Shown: in pieces, positions 28,527 through 38,153 of the stretch
How the letters are laid out: each line of letters opens with the position of its first letter
Numbering within the stretch: the stretch's first letter is position 1
Assembly: GCA_021325355.1 (NCBI GenBank)
Contig: JAJPHI010000018.1
Location: 193,617 to 257,616 of the forward strand
Length of the DNA: 64,000 nt
From: Pseudomonadota bacterium
GTDB lineage: Bacteria; Desulfobacterota; Binatia; Binatales; Binataceae
Reading direction: 5' to 3'
Notes under the pieces: generated by a model
What the model saw: the letters and a program-made list of their open reading frames with translations, nothing else
Told to the model about the DNA's origin: nothing
Databases searched by the model: none
Position numbers and translations under genes: made by a program

Positions 28527-29567
28527 CTAATTCCCCGCGCCTGAATTGGCTATCCCGGCGTCGTGCGGCAGGACTTCGGGCAAGGTCCAGGTACCGCCGA
28601 TTTGCCGCAGTGCGATCCGGTCGGAGGCGCTGCCGGCGGCGGCGACGAGGCGTCGCAGCGGTTCGTCGAGAGGTTCCCGCGAAAGACGGAAGGTGCCCCA
28701 ATGAATCGGCACGAGATAACGCGCGCCGCTCTCCTCGAACATCTGCCAGACCTGTTCGGGATTGGCGTGGTTCCAAATCCAGGGATCGTAGGCGCCGTTG
28801 GAAAAGGCCGCGATATCGAGCGGATGGTCGCGCAGGGCGCCGAAGACTTCGGTCATCGCACTGTCGCACGCGAGGAGCATCCGATGCTCCCGTTTTTCGA
28901 TGACGTAGCTGTTGAAGCCATAGTTGCGGCCGAACGGCGGCCAGCGCTTGCCCCAATGCCGCGCCGCCATCGCGGTTACCTTAAGGTCGCCGACCGCGGT
29001 GCTCTCGCCCCATCGCAACTCGCGCACGTCATGGAAGCCGAGCGGCCGCAGCAGCGTACCGCATCCGCTGCAGGTGATCACCGTCGCGCGCTTCGGCAGC
29101 GCGCGCAGAGAAGGCAGATCGAGATGGTCCATGTGCGCGTGGGTAATCAGGATCACGTCGAGCGCCTGAAGCTGGTCGGGACGAAGCGGTGGCGCGACCA
29201 GCCGCTGCGGGCCGATCGTGAAGAGCGGTCCGACCGCGAGCCCGATGCGGTCGAACAGGGTCGGATCGGTGATTATCCGCGAACCCAGGAAGTTCATCAG
29301 CAATGTGGCATGGCCGAGGTTGGCGATGGTGATGCGATCGTCGGGCCAGGTCGCCGGCGCCGGTATGGCGGCCGGCGCGAGTTCGGCGCGGGCGGCGGCG
29401 GCCTGTTGAATCGCGAGCGCGCCGACCGCCATCGCGGGGGCGAGCGCCACGGCGAGCCAGACGCGTTTATGCCGCGCGCCGGCAGTGCGGCAATCGCCAC
29501 CCAAAGGGGCCTCAGCGCAGCGCCACCGCAGGCGGGGCAAAGCAGGGTAGCGTATCGACGATGGCAT
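28527..29567 (-). CDS. MBL-fold metallo-hydrolase (NAPE-PLD/UlaG-like), start uncertain
   Basis: LGHAT, TDP, THAHMDHLD, ARHWG, GAYDP, HANPEQ, PIHWGTF. Confidence 0.85.
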   Translation of the reverse strand: MPSSIRYPALPRLRWRCAEAPLGGDCRTAGARHKRVWLAVALAPAMAVGALAIQQAAAARAELAPAAIPAPATWPDDRITIANLGHATLLMNFLGSRIITDPTLFDRIGLAVGPLFTIGPQRLVAPPLRPDQLQALDVILITHAHMDHLDLPSLRALPKRATVITCSGCGTLLRPLGFHDVRELRWGESTAVGDLKVTAMAARHWGKRWPPFGRNYGFNSYVIEKREHRMLLACDSAMTEVFGALRDHPLDIAAFSNGAYDPWIWNHANPEQVWQMFEESGARYLVPIHWGTFRLSREPLDEPLRRLVAAAGSASDRIALRQIGGTWTLPEVLPHDAGIANSGAGN

Positions 29568-30138
29568 AGTCGTACACCCGTCCGTTCCACACAAAGGTTC
29601 CCGAATTGGTGCCGAAATCCGCCGCGAGGCTCGCCAGTTGATCCTGTTCGGCGGCGTTCATCGGTTCCGCCGGCGCATAGGCGAGGTAGGCCGAAGCGCC
29701 GGGTTTGGGCATCGCGAGCGGCGGTGTGAAGCGGGTCCCGCTCAGTCGCGCGAGCGGATACCAGGACGCGCCGTCGGCCGCCGCGCTCGTCCATAACGGC
29801 GCGCTGCCGCTGTTCGACAGCCGGAGCTCGCGCCATTGCGGCTGATCGGAGTTCTGCGCGCGATGGATTTCAATCACCGGCGGCGTCGCCTGCTCGAGGT
29901 CATCGCAGCGTTCGTGATATTCGGCGTCGTCCTCGTCGTCGCGGCGCCCCGGCTCCTTGCGCGCCTCCGCCTTGCTGCCGACGGCCGAAATTCCGACTCC
30001 CGCAGCCTCGATACCCATCGGCGCGACCGCGAGCGCACTCGCGCATCCACCTGCCGCGCCGCCGATCAGCATCAGCGCCGCCGCCAGAAGGAGCGGGCGC
30101 AGCGGCGCGCTCCGGCGCAAATTCGTGAGTCCGATCAC
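29512..30138 (-). CDS. hypothetical lipoprotein
   Basis: Basic N-terminus, hydrophobic stretch, lipobox-like AGGC; GTGA overlap with upstream methyltransferase. Confidence 0.65.
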   Translation of the reverse strand: MIGLTNLRRSAPLRPLLLAAALMLIGGAAGGCASALAVAPMGIEAAGVGISAVGSKAEARKEPGRRDDEDDAEYHERCDDLEQATPPVIEIHRAQNSDQPQWRELRLSNSGSAPLWTSAAADGASWYPLARLSGTRFTPPLAMPKPGASAYLAYAPAEPMNAAEQDQLASLAADFGTNSGTFVWNGRVYDYAIVDTLPCFAPPAVALR

Positions 30139-31139
30139 GGCCGCCTGGCGATTATCAGCGAAGAACTGAACGGCGGATCGGGCAGCGGCTGCAGCTTGAT
30201 TTCGGCGAAGCCGGCGCTACGCATCCAGGCCGCAACCTCGGTGAAGCTGTAGTCGCGTCCATGCGTAGTCAGGAGGAGGTAGAGAGCGAAGACGGCGCCG
30301 GCCGCGGGCTCGACCAGCGCGTCGTCCATGATGTGATCCTTGACCACCAGGAGTCCGCCCGGGGCGAGCCCTTCGAAGCATTGGCGCATCAGCGCGCCGT
30401 TGGTCGTTTCATCCTCGCTATGGATGATGTTCGAGAGGAACAGGACATCGACCGGGCCCGGGAGTCGGTCCTTCCGGTAATCAACCTCGCGGAGTTCGAT
30501 CCGATCCATCAGCTCCGGCGCGCGGGACGTGAGGATTTCGCGGGCGATCGTAAGGGTGGCCGGGAGATCGTAAATCGCGCCGCGCGCGTTGGGCCATCGT
30601 CGCAGAAACTCGAGCAGATAGGTGCCCGGCCCGCCACCCAGATCGACGATGGTGCGAGCGAAGCCGAGTTCGAGATGTTGCGCCGTCCAGACCGCGTCGC
30701 CGCGCGCCCGCACGAGGCTGTCCATCGCGCGAATAAAGCGCGCGGTCTCCTCGCGACTGCTCTGAAACATGTCGGGGACGCGGGCGGGCGCGCCGCTGCG
30801 CAGTGAGTCCTCGAGCCGCCCCCACACCTCCCAGAGGCCCGCATCGAAAAGGATCATGTCGCCCAGGTACTCCGGCGAAGCGCGGGTCAGATAGCGGCGC
30901 GCGGCCTCGTCGAGAGAATAGGTTGCGCGATCCTTGCGCAGCAGGCCGAGCGCGCAGAGCGCATTGGCGAGCAGCATCGTCGCGCGCGCCTGGCATCCGA
31001 TGTGCGCGGCGACTTCTTCGGCGGTATGCGGACCGCCGCTCAGGATCTCGAAGACGCCGATCCTGAGCGCCACCTGGATCGCGCGGGCTTCGGCATGGCC
31101 ACCGGCCAGGGCGGCTATCCGGCTGAATCCTGACTCCAT
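30135..31139 (-). CDS. class II SAM-dependent O-methyltransferase (dimerisation domain + Methyltransf_2)
   Basis: N-terminal wHTH dimerisation region, VDLGGGPG, YDLP, LSNIIH, PGGLLVV. Confidence 0.88.
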   Translation of the reverse strand: MESGFSRIAALAGGHAEARAIQVALRIGVFEILSGGPHTAEEVAAHIGCQARATMLLANALCALGLLRKDRATYSLDEAARRYLTRASPEYLGDMILFDAGLWEVWGRLEDSLRSGAPARVPDMFQSSREETARFIRAMDSLVRARGDAVWTAQHLELGFARTIVDLGGGPGTYLLEFLRRWPNARGAIYDLPATLTIAREILTSRAPELMDRIELREVDYRKDRLPGPVDVLFLSNIIHSEDETTNGALMRQCFEGLAPGGLLVVKDHIMDDALVEPAAGAVFALYLLLTTHGRDYSFTEVAAWMRSAGFAEIKLQPLPDPPFSSSLIIARRP

Positions 31140-31157
31140 GGCAGCCGGCGCGCGCGG

Positions 31158-32126
31158 TCAGGGAATCAACACCAGCTTGCCCACCGACTGTCGTGACAGC
31201 ATGAAGCGATGAGCTTCGGCGGCCTCTGCCAGCGGGAAGGTCTTGCCCACCAGCATCTTGAGCTTGCCTTCCTGCATCAGTTGGAAACAGGAATCGACGC
31301 CCTGCTTCATCAACTGATGGTTGGAGGAAGCCGTAAACAGAATAAAGCCGCTGACCTTGACCGCCTTTTCAAAGAGCCGCATCGGGTCGAGCTTGTCGGG
31401 CGGACCGCCGGCGCGGCCGTACAGGATAATATGGCCGAACGGCGCGGCGCACTTGAGCCCTTTCTCGAAGGTCGGCTTGCCGACCGCGTCGAGATTGAGG
31501 TCGATGCCTTTGCCGCCGGTCAGCTTCATGGCTTGCTCGGCGAAGTCGGTCTTTTCGTAGTTGATGACGTCGTCGGCGCCGTACTGTCTGGCGACGCCGA
31601 TCTTGTCGTCGTTCGAGACCGTACCAATCACGCGGCAGCCGGCGGCCTTCGCGAGCTGCATCGCGACGATGCCGACGCCGCCCGCCGCCGAATGGACCAG
31701 CACGGTCTGCCCGGGCGTCAGATGATGACAGGTGTGGAGCATGAACCAGGCCGTCAAGGTCTGGATCGGAAAGGCGGCGCCCTCCTCGAAGCTGACAAAA
31801 TCCGGCAATGGGATCAGTTGGTTGGCGTGGAACAGCGAGTATTCGGCGTAACATTTGAGTCCGATGCCGGCGACGCGCATGCCCGGTTTGAAGCCTTCGA
31901 CGTTCGGACCCACCTCGTCGATAATTCCCGCTCCTTCCATCCCCGGCGTGTCGGGTAATTTGGGCTTCACCACGTAGTTGCCCTGACGAAAGAAGTTATC
32001 TGCGAAGTTGATCCCGACTGCATGATTGCGCACCCGCACCATCCCGGGGCGGACCTCCGGTTTCGGGACCTCCACCAGTTGCATCACTTCGGGTCCGCCG
32101 ACCTCTTTGAACTGAATCGCCTTCAT
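31158..32126 (-). CDS. NADPH:quinone oxidoreductase (MDR family)
   Basis: GGPEVM, GINFAD, PGMEGAG, HSAAGGVG, GKLVLIP. Confidence 0.92.
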   Translation of the reverse strand: MKAIQFKEVGGPEVMQLVEVPKPEVRPGMVRVRNHAVGINFADNFFRQGNYVVKPKLPDTPGMEGAGIIDEVGPNVEGFKPGMRVAGIGLKCYAEYSLFHANQLIPLPDFVSFEEGAAFPIQTLTAWFMLHTCHHLTPGQTVLVHSAAGGVGIVAMQLAKAAGCRVIGTVSNDDKIGVARQYGADDVINYEKTDFAEQAMKLTGGKGIDLNLDAVGKPTFEKGLKCAAPFGHIILYGRAGGPPDKLDPMRLFEKAVKVSGFILFTASSNHQLMKQGVDSCFQLMQEGKLKMLVGKTFPLAEAAEAHRFMLSRQSVGKLVLIP

Positions 32127-32234
32127 GCACTCTCTCCCTCTCGATGTCTGCTGATGCTATCCTGCTGCCACAAAGATTTGCTCGCAATCGGGTTAGCACT
32201 TGCCGCACGACAAAGCCATAAAGCGCCGCTCACG

Positions 32235-32858
32235 ATGCTCGATCTCGTAATCTTCGACGCGGACGGCGTCCTGTTTGAATCGGCCGAATCCAATATCGCC
32301 TATTACAACGCCATCTTTGAACGAATCGGTGAGCCGCCGCTCGATCCCGAGGAACGAAAGGCGTGTATCTATTATTCGGCGGGGCAGGTGTTCGCCCTGC
32401 GCGCCGCTGGTGATGCCGACCGTCTCGAGCGGATGCGCGCGGTGGCCCGCACGATGGACTCGACGCCGTTCTTCGATCTGCTGCGTCCGGTGCCGGGATT
32501 GCGCGAGCTGCTGCTCGGCCTCAAGTCGCGCTATCGCCTCGGTCTCGCGACGAATCGCTCGGCGACGATTCCCGCGGTGATCGATCACGTCGGGCTGGGG
32601 GGCGTGTTTGATGCGATCGCGAGCGCGCGCGACAAAGTGCGGCCCAAACCGGCGCCGGATATCCTGACGCTGTGTCTCGAACGCGCGGGGGTCGCGCCCG
32701 ACCGTTCCGTGTATATCGGCGACAGCGAGACCGACCGGATCGCGGCGGCCGCCGCCGGTACGCACTTTATCGGCCTCGGCGAACGCGCGCCGCACGTCCA
32801 CTGGATCGCCTCGCTGGACGAGCTTCCGGCCAAACTGAGCGCGAGCTTCCCGCACTAG
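32235..32858 (+). CDS. HAD-family hydrolase (phosphoglycolate phosphatase-like)
   Basis: IFDADGVL, LATNR, KPAPD, YIGDSETD; ATG 32235. Confidence 0.87.
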   Translation: MLDLVIFDADGVLFESAESNIAYYNAIFERIGEPPLDPEERKACIYYSAGQVFALRAAGDADRLERMRAVARTMDSTPFFDLLRPVPGLRELLLGLKSRYRLGLATNRSATIPAVIDHVGLGGVFDAIASARDKVRPKPAPDILTLCLERAGVAPDRSVYIGDSETDRIAAAAAGTHFIGLGERAPHVHWIASLDELPAKLSASFPH

Positions 32859-32899
32859 CGCCCTGAGCCGAAACTGACGGAGCGAAGCGGGCGCCGGCT

Positions 32900-34327
32900 T
32901 CAGCAGAGAGGGCGCGAGAGCACGGCCCGCTCGATCCGCCGCGGCACCAGACGACCACCGCCGGGGTCGCCGACCCAGCGCCCATTCTCGACGATCCGCC
33001 GACCACGCAGGATGGTCATCACCGGCCAGCCCCGGACCTCCCATCCTTCCCACGGACTGTAGTCGCTCACGTGAAAGTCTTCGCGGGTGAGCCGTTTATG
33101 AATGGTGGGGTCGATTACGCACAGGTCGGCGTCGCTGCCGACCGCGATCACCCCCTTGCGCGGGTAGAGCCCCAGGATACGCGCGGCGTTGGTGGCCGTA
33201 ACCTCGGCAAAACGCTCGAGCGTCATGCCGCGCTTGACCACGCCTTCGGTGAAAACGATTCCCATCCGGGCCTCGGCGCCGAGGTTGCCGCCGGTGACGT
33301 CGTCGATCGCGCGTCCGCGCAGCTTCAGTTCGAGCGAGGTTGGAAACTCGTCCGTGGCCGTGGTCGAGACGCCGCCGTTGACCAATCCGTCCCAGAGCGC
33401 CGCCTGATCGGCGGGAAGTTTCAGCGAGGGGTAGGTGTGATAGCAGAAGCCGCGCGGTTTCCGGTAGTCCTCCGCCGAAAAGCACGCATAGTGATGCAGA
33501 GTTTCGGCGTAGATTGGCAGGCGGCGGTCGCGCGCCTGCGCCACCGCCTCAACCCCTTCCTGCGCCGAGGTATGGACGAAATAGACCGCCGCGCCGGTTG
33601 CTCGCGCGAGCGCGATCGTCCGCTCGAAGGCGAGTTGTTCCGACAGTTTGCTGTGCACCAGATGCAGGTTTTCGCCCGCCGTCTTACCTTCGTGGCGGAA
33701 TTTTTCGTAGTTGAACTGAACGATATCGTCGTCCTCGGCATGCACCACCATCACGCCGCCGTGGCGCTCGGTCTCTTCCATCGCGCGGCCAATCCGCCCG
33801 AAGTCGAGCTTGAAAGGGCGGCGCCCCGGATGCGGCGGCAGCACCTCGTTGGTGAAGACCTTGAAGCTCGGGAAACCCTCGCTGATGGCGTCGCTCATCT
33901 GGTCGAAGATGGCCAGCGGCAACGCTCCACCCAGGGCGATATGAAAGCTGTAGTCGATGCAGGAATTGCCCTTCCAGCGTTCGAGGCGGCGATTCAACGC
34001 GGTCTGGATATCGGTCGCCGGATGCACGAAGACGAAATCGAGATGCGTCGTGACGCCGCCAAAGGCCATCCCGCGCGTGTCCTCCTCGGGACCGAGGGTA
34101 AACAGCCGCTCCTGCGGATGCATCCCGATGAGGCTCGCCAGATGGGCGTGCGGCTCGATGCCGCCGGGGACCACGATCTTCCCGCTGACATCGAGTGTTT
34201 GACCGGACTCGGGCGCTTGATCGGACGGTCCCAGCCAGGCGATGGTGCTGCCCTGGATGCCGACGCTCCAAGGCCGCACGCCGTCGGCGGTTACTACCTC
34301 CGCGCCCTCAAGCATCAGGTCGATCAT
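32900..34327 (-). CDS. cyclic amidohydrolase (dihydropyrimidinase/hydantoinase-like)
   Basis: PGGIEPHAHL, GGVTT, SFKVF, VHAED, VHTS, TDEFP, YPRKGVIAVGSDAD. Confidence 0.85.
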   Translation of the reverse strand: MIDLMLEGAEVVTADGVRPWSVGIQGSTIAWLGPSDQAPESGQTLDVSGKIVVPGGIEPHAHLASLIGMHPQERLFTLGPEEDTRGMAFGGVTTHLDFVFVHPATDIQTALNRRLERWKGNSCIDYSFHIALGGALPLAIFDQMSDAISEGFPSFKVFTNEVLPPHPGRRPFKLDFGRIGRAMEETERHGGVMVVHAEDDDIVQFNYEKFRHEGKTAGENLHLVHSKLSEQLAFERTIALARATGAAVYFVHTSAQEGVEAVAQARDRRLPIYAETLHHYACFSAEDYRKPRGFCYHTYPSLKLPADQAALWDGLVNGGVSTTATDEFPTSLELKLRGRAIDDVTGGNLGAEARMGIVFTEGVVKRGMTLERFAEVTATNAARILGLYPRKGVIAVGSDADLCVIDPTIHKRLTREDFHVSDYSPWEGWEVRGWPVMTILRGRRIVENGRWVGDPGGGRLVPRRIERAVLSRPLC

Positions 34328-34474
34328 CGCGTCCTACACGCTCATCGGAAGTTTACTGCCAAACTCGCTCTTCGGGCGCCATTTTGTCAAACCGGACGGC
34401 GCGGTGATCGCGCCGTTGGCGTGGCGCGCGGAACGCCTCCGATACCGGTTCGCGCGCGGCAGCTCAGCGCGCAA

Positions 34475-34819
34475 TTACGACGTGCTGGAAGACGGCGGTT
34501 CGGTTTTCTGTCGCGAAATGGCGTGAAGCTGACCGCGGGAGCCCGGGGTTTTGTAATCGTAGCGGCGGCGTTGCGGACCCGGGACGCGCCGCTTTTCCTC
34601 CAGACGCGGCCGCACGGTCGTGCGCCGCTGCACTTCACCCGACGACCATTCGAGGTAGGCCACCAAGGCGGCTATCGGCAGCCCTACGCCGGCGATGCCC
34701 CAGACGGTAACCGCCGGACCATAAAGGGAGACGACACCCGCTCCGATGATCGCGCCGACCATCGCGGCGACCACCCAGTAAAATTTCACTAATCGTGGGG
34801 AGCCCTTATCGCCGGACAT
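34475..34819 (-). CDS. hypothetical two-TM membrane protein
   Basis: Two hydrophobic helices and a basic cytoplasmic tail; SD-like GAAGGG upstream. Confidence 0.6.
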   Translation of the reverse strand: MSGDKGSPRLVKFYWVVAAMVGAIIGAGVVSLYGPAVTVWGIAGVGLPIAALVAYLEWSSGEVQRRTTVRPRLEEKRRVPGPQRRRYDYKTPGSRGQLHAISRQKTEPPSSSTS

Positions 34820-35080
34820 CGCCCTTCACCTGGCGCCAATCAAGTTCGATTCAATTCTTACACCAACCGTGCGCCGGAGAAAACTTCCGTGCGCTGTTAT
34901 GGCGGAACGGATGGCGAGCGGCGGAGATGACCGGGTGGGCCGTATCAAGGCGGGCTTGTGGTCAACGAGCGCGGTAGTACCGGCAAGCGCGCCATCGCGG
35001 AGGCGGCGCCACGCCAATCCGGATGCTGCATCGGGGCCGTAACCGCCGGCGGCGCCGGAAGGCGCGCGCCTCAAGTCGCG

Positions 35081-35515
35081 CTAATCCTCTTCGACCGCCT
35101 GGCGGATGGCGTTGAGAATAAAGAGGAAGTGGCGCGGAGCGGAGACCCGCCCAAGAAGATTGACCTGCGAGAGAATTTTGAGTTCGCGGGCCTTGACGTT
35201 GTGGCGGGAGAGCAGCGCCTTGTCGCGCGTGAATTCGCGCCACACCTGATGACGATCACGCCGCGGCGCCGGCGTTCTGGTCGAGCCGATAAGCGCGCGG
35301 GCTTCCGGGTGAACGAGGAGAAAAAGCGTCTCGCGGTCGAGTCCGAGGACCGCAGCGATGCGGCTGAGCAAGCCCAGCGACGGGCGCCGGCGATCGCTTT
35401 CGAGATAAGCGATATGGCTCGCCTTAACCCCAAGTTTCGCCGCCAATTGACGCTGGGTCAGGTTCAGCGCCTCGCGCTGCTGCTTGAGTAAGGGACCGAG
35501 GGTCTTTTTCTTCAT
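35081..35515 (-). CDS. XRE-family HTH transcriptional regulator
   Basis: LGPLLKQQREALNLTQRQLAAKLGVKASHIAYLESDRRRPS; ATGA overlap with the upstream peptidase gene. Confidence 0.9.
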   Translation of the reverse strand: MKKKTLGPLLKQQREALNLTQRQLAAKLGVKASHIAYLESDRRRPSLGLLSRIAAVLGLDRETLFLLVHPEARALIGSTRTPAPRRDRHQVWREFTRDKALLSRHNVKARELKILSQVNLLGRVSAPRHFLFILNAIRQAVEED

Positions 35516-36324
35516 AGATCGTACTCGCTCAGCAAAGCCTGCCGGAGCCTCGCGTAGTGAATTATGCCGACCAGATATTCGAAATATTGCTCGGTATTTT
35601 CGTGATCGAACGCAAGCCTGAAGGCATAGGCGCGCGCCAGATGGCGCTTGACCTCGGCGAGCGCAGGTCCCTGCAGATCGGCGGCGTCCCGAATCTCGAG
35701 ATGACCCCAATCTGCGGCAAAGATCTGCCGGGCGAGGCCCCGCGGATAGCCGGCTACACTCACCATCAGGTCGGCCAGAAGTTCACCCGATACGGTCAAC
35801 TGCCGCGGATAGTCGGCGTCGAAGAGAAAATGCGCATGGCGGGTCGACGCTCCCAGCACGGTGGCACTCAGATGATGCGAAAGTTCGTGAATGAAACTCG
35901 AGCCGACCACCACCGGATGGTGCGCGGTGTTGATATAGATTAGCGGTCGCTTGAGCCCCGTCTGCCGACCGGCGTAGAAACCGCGCAACGCCGGTCCGTT
36001 GCGGTAGGTCGCGGCATTCAGTGAAAAATCGAGTTTTTGCCCGATTTCCGCGTATGCCTTGATCGGCATGTAAGCCACCGGCTGACGATTGAAACCTTTG
36101 AAAATGCCGCGAAACTCGCGCAGCAGCGCCGTCACCTCGTCAAAGTCAGCGCGCTCGCGCACCGCTTTGGCGTAATCGGCGGTGAGCACCCGCGCGAGAT
36201 TCGACCCTGCGCGCGTGCGGGGTTTCGCGCCATGCAGCCGGCGCCGCCGCTCGCTAATTATTCCCGGACCCGGTCCGCGTACCTTTCCGCGCCCCCGACC
36301 GGGCGTCGACGCTCTACCGCGCAT
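35512..36324 (-). CDS. ImmA/IrrE-like Zn metallopeptidase
   Basis: GFY...LIYIN...FIHELSHH (HExxH) and downstream ELLADLMVSVAGYP matching the E-x-x-A...P pattern; coupled to XRE. Confidence 0.7.
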   Translation of the reverse strand: MRGRASTPGRGRGKVRGPGPGIISERRRRLHGAKPRTRAGSNLARVLTADYAKAVRERADFDEVTALLREFRGIFKGFNRQPVAYMPIKAYAEIGQKLDFSLNAATYRNGPALRGFYAGRQTGLKRPLIYINTAHHPVVVGSSFIHELSHHLSATVLGASTRHAHFLFDADYPRQLTVSGELLADLMVSVAGYPRGLARQIFAADWGHLEIRDAADLQGPALAEVKRHLARAYAFRLAFDHENTEQYFEYLVGIIHYARLRQALLSEYDL

Positions 36325-36679
36325 TACCCCTCGCAGTCTAATGACTCCGAGTCATTTTGCAAGAACTGATCGCTAGCCTTATCGCGTCGGATAGCGTTAT
36401 GTGATAGCCGGTGATAACTAATAGTGATGCGTTGCAAGCAATTTGTCATCGCATTATGCGTTAGTCGCGACATGGTCCGGTAAGACGGCCATTTGTTGGA
36501 AGCGGTTATCATAACAGGGGGTGCCGCTTCGTGACCGAGGGGGATTATCTAATGTGCTCGCGCTTCGCCGAGCCCATCGTCAGCACCACTGGTGAGGCTG
36601 TGGTCTCGTCACCTCGACGGCCGTTTCAGAATCGACGCGAACAGTTCAAAGGTAATTAGCAAAATGGAGGATAATCAAA

Positions 36680-37366
36680 ATGGAGTTGCGTTTGCTGTCG
36701 ACGGCTGAAGAGCGCCAAATCTTTGCGCGTAATCTGGTCGAGACACGGCTGGCCAAGGGCGCCGGTTTCTGCGAGACGGGGCGCTCGCAGGTTGGGGAAG
36801 CTCATCTGGCATTCGGCCGCCTTTACGGCCTGTTCGCCGATGAATCGGCCGGGTTGGACGATATGATGGCGGGTCTGGTGATGCATGATCTTGCCAGTTT
36901 TCCCCAGAGCTACCCGAAGCCCGACCTGACGCATTATCCGCCGGAGTCGGTTCTCGAGTTCGGTGAGCTGTGGGCCAAGATAGCGGGCAGCGCGCGCATC
37001 ATTCGGCAGGCGGGGGCCATCTTGGCCGGCGAGTTGCACGCGCAGGCCGTGCTTGCCTATCCGCTGTTCAGTCCCTGGAATCTGTCGGCAGCCTACCACC
37101 GGGATTTCGATCCCGCCGGTTCACCGATCGAGTGGCCGTACATCCGGACCACCGACGGCAACCGGATGTTCGTTCAGGCGATGGTCAGCGAAGGTGAGAA
37201 GCTGGCGCGGATGATTCAGGATGCGGGCCAATGGGGCTTCAGCGCTGACGCGGAATTGACTCGTATAATCTTCAATAGCCCGTTTAAGGTTGCGCGACGG
37301 CGCGCCGAAATCCGCGCCCAGCGGGTCTCGACTCCCGAAGCGGCCCCGATGGCGGCGCGCGCCTGA
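36680..37366 (+). CDS. hypothetical protein, possible GNAT/LuxI-FeeM-like fold
   Basis: Strong SD GGAGG; SVLEFGELWA resembles the beta4 E-x-(G/S)-x-L motif of LuxI/FeeM-like acyltransferases; fold call is tentative. Confidence 0.7.
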   Translation: MELRLLSTAEERQIFARNLVETRLAKGAGFCETGRSQVGEAHLAFGRLYGLFADESAGLDDMMAGLVMHDLASFPQSYPKPDLTHYPPESVLEFGELWAKIAGSARIIRQAGAILAGELHAQAVLAYPLFSPWNLSAAYHRDFDPAGSPIEWPYIRTTDGNRMFVQAMVSEGEKLARMIQDAGQWGFSADAELTRIIFNSPFKVARRRAEIRAQRVSTPEAAPMAARA

Positions 37367-37536
37367 GCGCGCCGCGGTGCTCCCGCGCCAAAGACCTGCC
37401 GCCGGTCAGCCGCATCTTCGCGCGGCCGACCGGCGGCAGGATGCAGCCCTCCCTACGGAAGTGATGGATCGGGATACGGCAGAGGCCGCGCCACGCTTGC
37501 GTCAGTCGCGCGATCGAGTCAAGGTTTAGCGCTCGT

Positions 37537-37613
37537 GAGCCGTTAGCTCAGGCCGGTAGAGCATGTGACTTTTAATCACAGGGTCCCGGGTTCGAGTCCC
37601 GGACGGCTCACCA
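37537..37613 (+). tRNA. tRNA-Lys(UUU)
   Basis: Acceptor GAGCCGT/ACGGCTC, D arm TAGCTCAG..GGTAGAGC, anticodon stem TGTGA/TCACA with loop CTTTTAA, GGTTCGAGTCC, encoded CCA. Confidence 0.97.
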
Positions 37614-37685
37614 CGGAAGCTCGCTGCGAGTCTCGGTCCGGCGATGGCGGTCCGCTGGTCCGCAGGCGTCACGAATCACCTGACG

Positions 37686-38153
37686 TTATGAATCAATGGT
37701 GACGGGGCGCACGGCGGCGGGCGCGATCGTTTTCAAACTGCCGAGATGGGTGGTGAGGGCATGCAGATAGACCCCGAACGCCATCGCGACGACGAACACG
37801 ACGACCGGGGTCGCGCCCGAGGCCAGCGAGGTGATTGCCGGACCTGGACAAAAGCCGCCGAGTCCCCATCCGGCCCCGAAGATCGCGGCGCCGAGAATCA
37901 GGCGCGTGTCCGGGTCGCGGTTGGGCGGCACGGCAAAATCCGCGGCGAGCATCGGTGCTGACATCCGACGGCTGTAGCGATAGGCCACGAAATAGACGCA
38001 AATCGCGCCGATCATCACCAAGGCCAGGCTCGGATCCCAATTCCCGAAGAAATCCAGAAAACCGATCACTTTGATCGGGCGCGTCATGCCCGAAATGCCG
38101 AGGCCCAGGGCAAAGACTACGCCGGAAATGAACGAGGTGAGCAGCGCTTTCAC
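37686..38153 (-). CDS. YeeE/YedE family (DUF6691) sulfur transporter subunit
   Basis: [37 protein letters not shown]; GTG at 38153 overlaps the upstream stop. Confidence 0.88.
   Translation of the reverse strand: MKALLTSFISGVVFALGLGISGMTRPIKVIGFLDFFGNWDPSLALVMIGAICVYFVAYRYSRRMSAPMLAADFAVPPNRDPDTRLILGAAIFGAGWGLGGFCPGPAITSLASGATPVVVFVVAMAFGVYLHALTTHLGSLKTIAPAAVRPVTIDS

Noticed and set aside
33071-34792. 573-aa plus-strand ORF
   Set aside because: Antisense shadow of the amidohydrolase and the small membrane protein.
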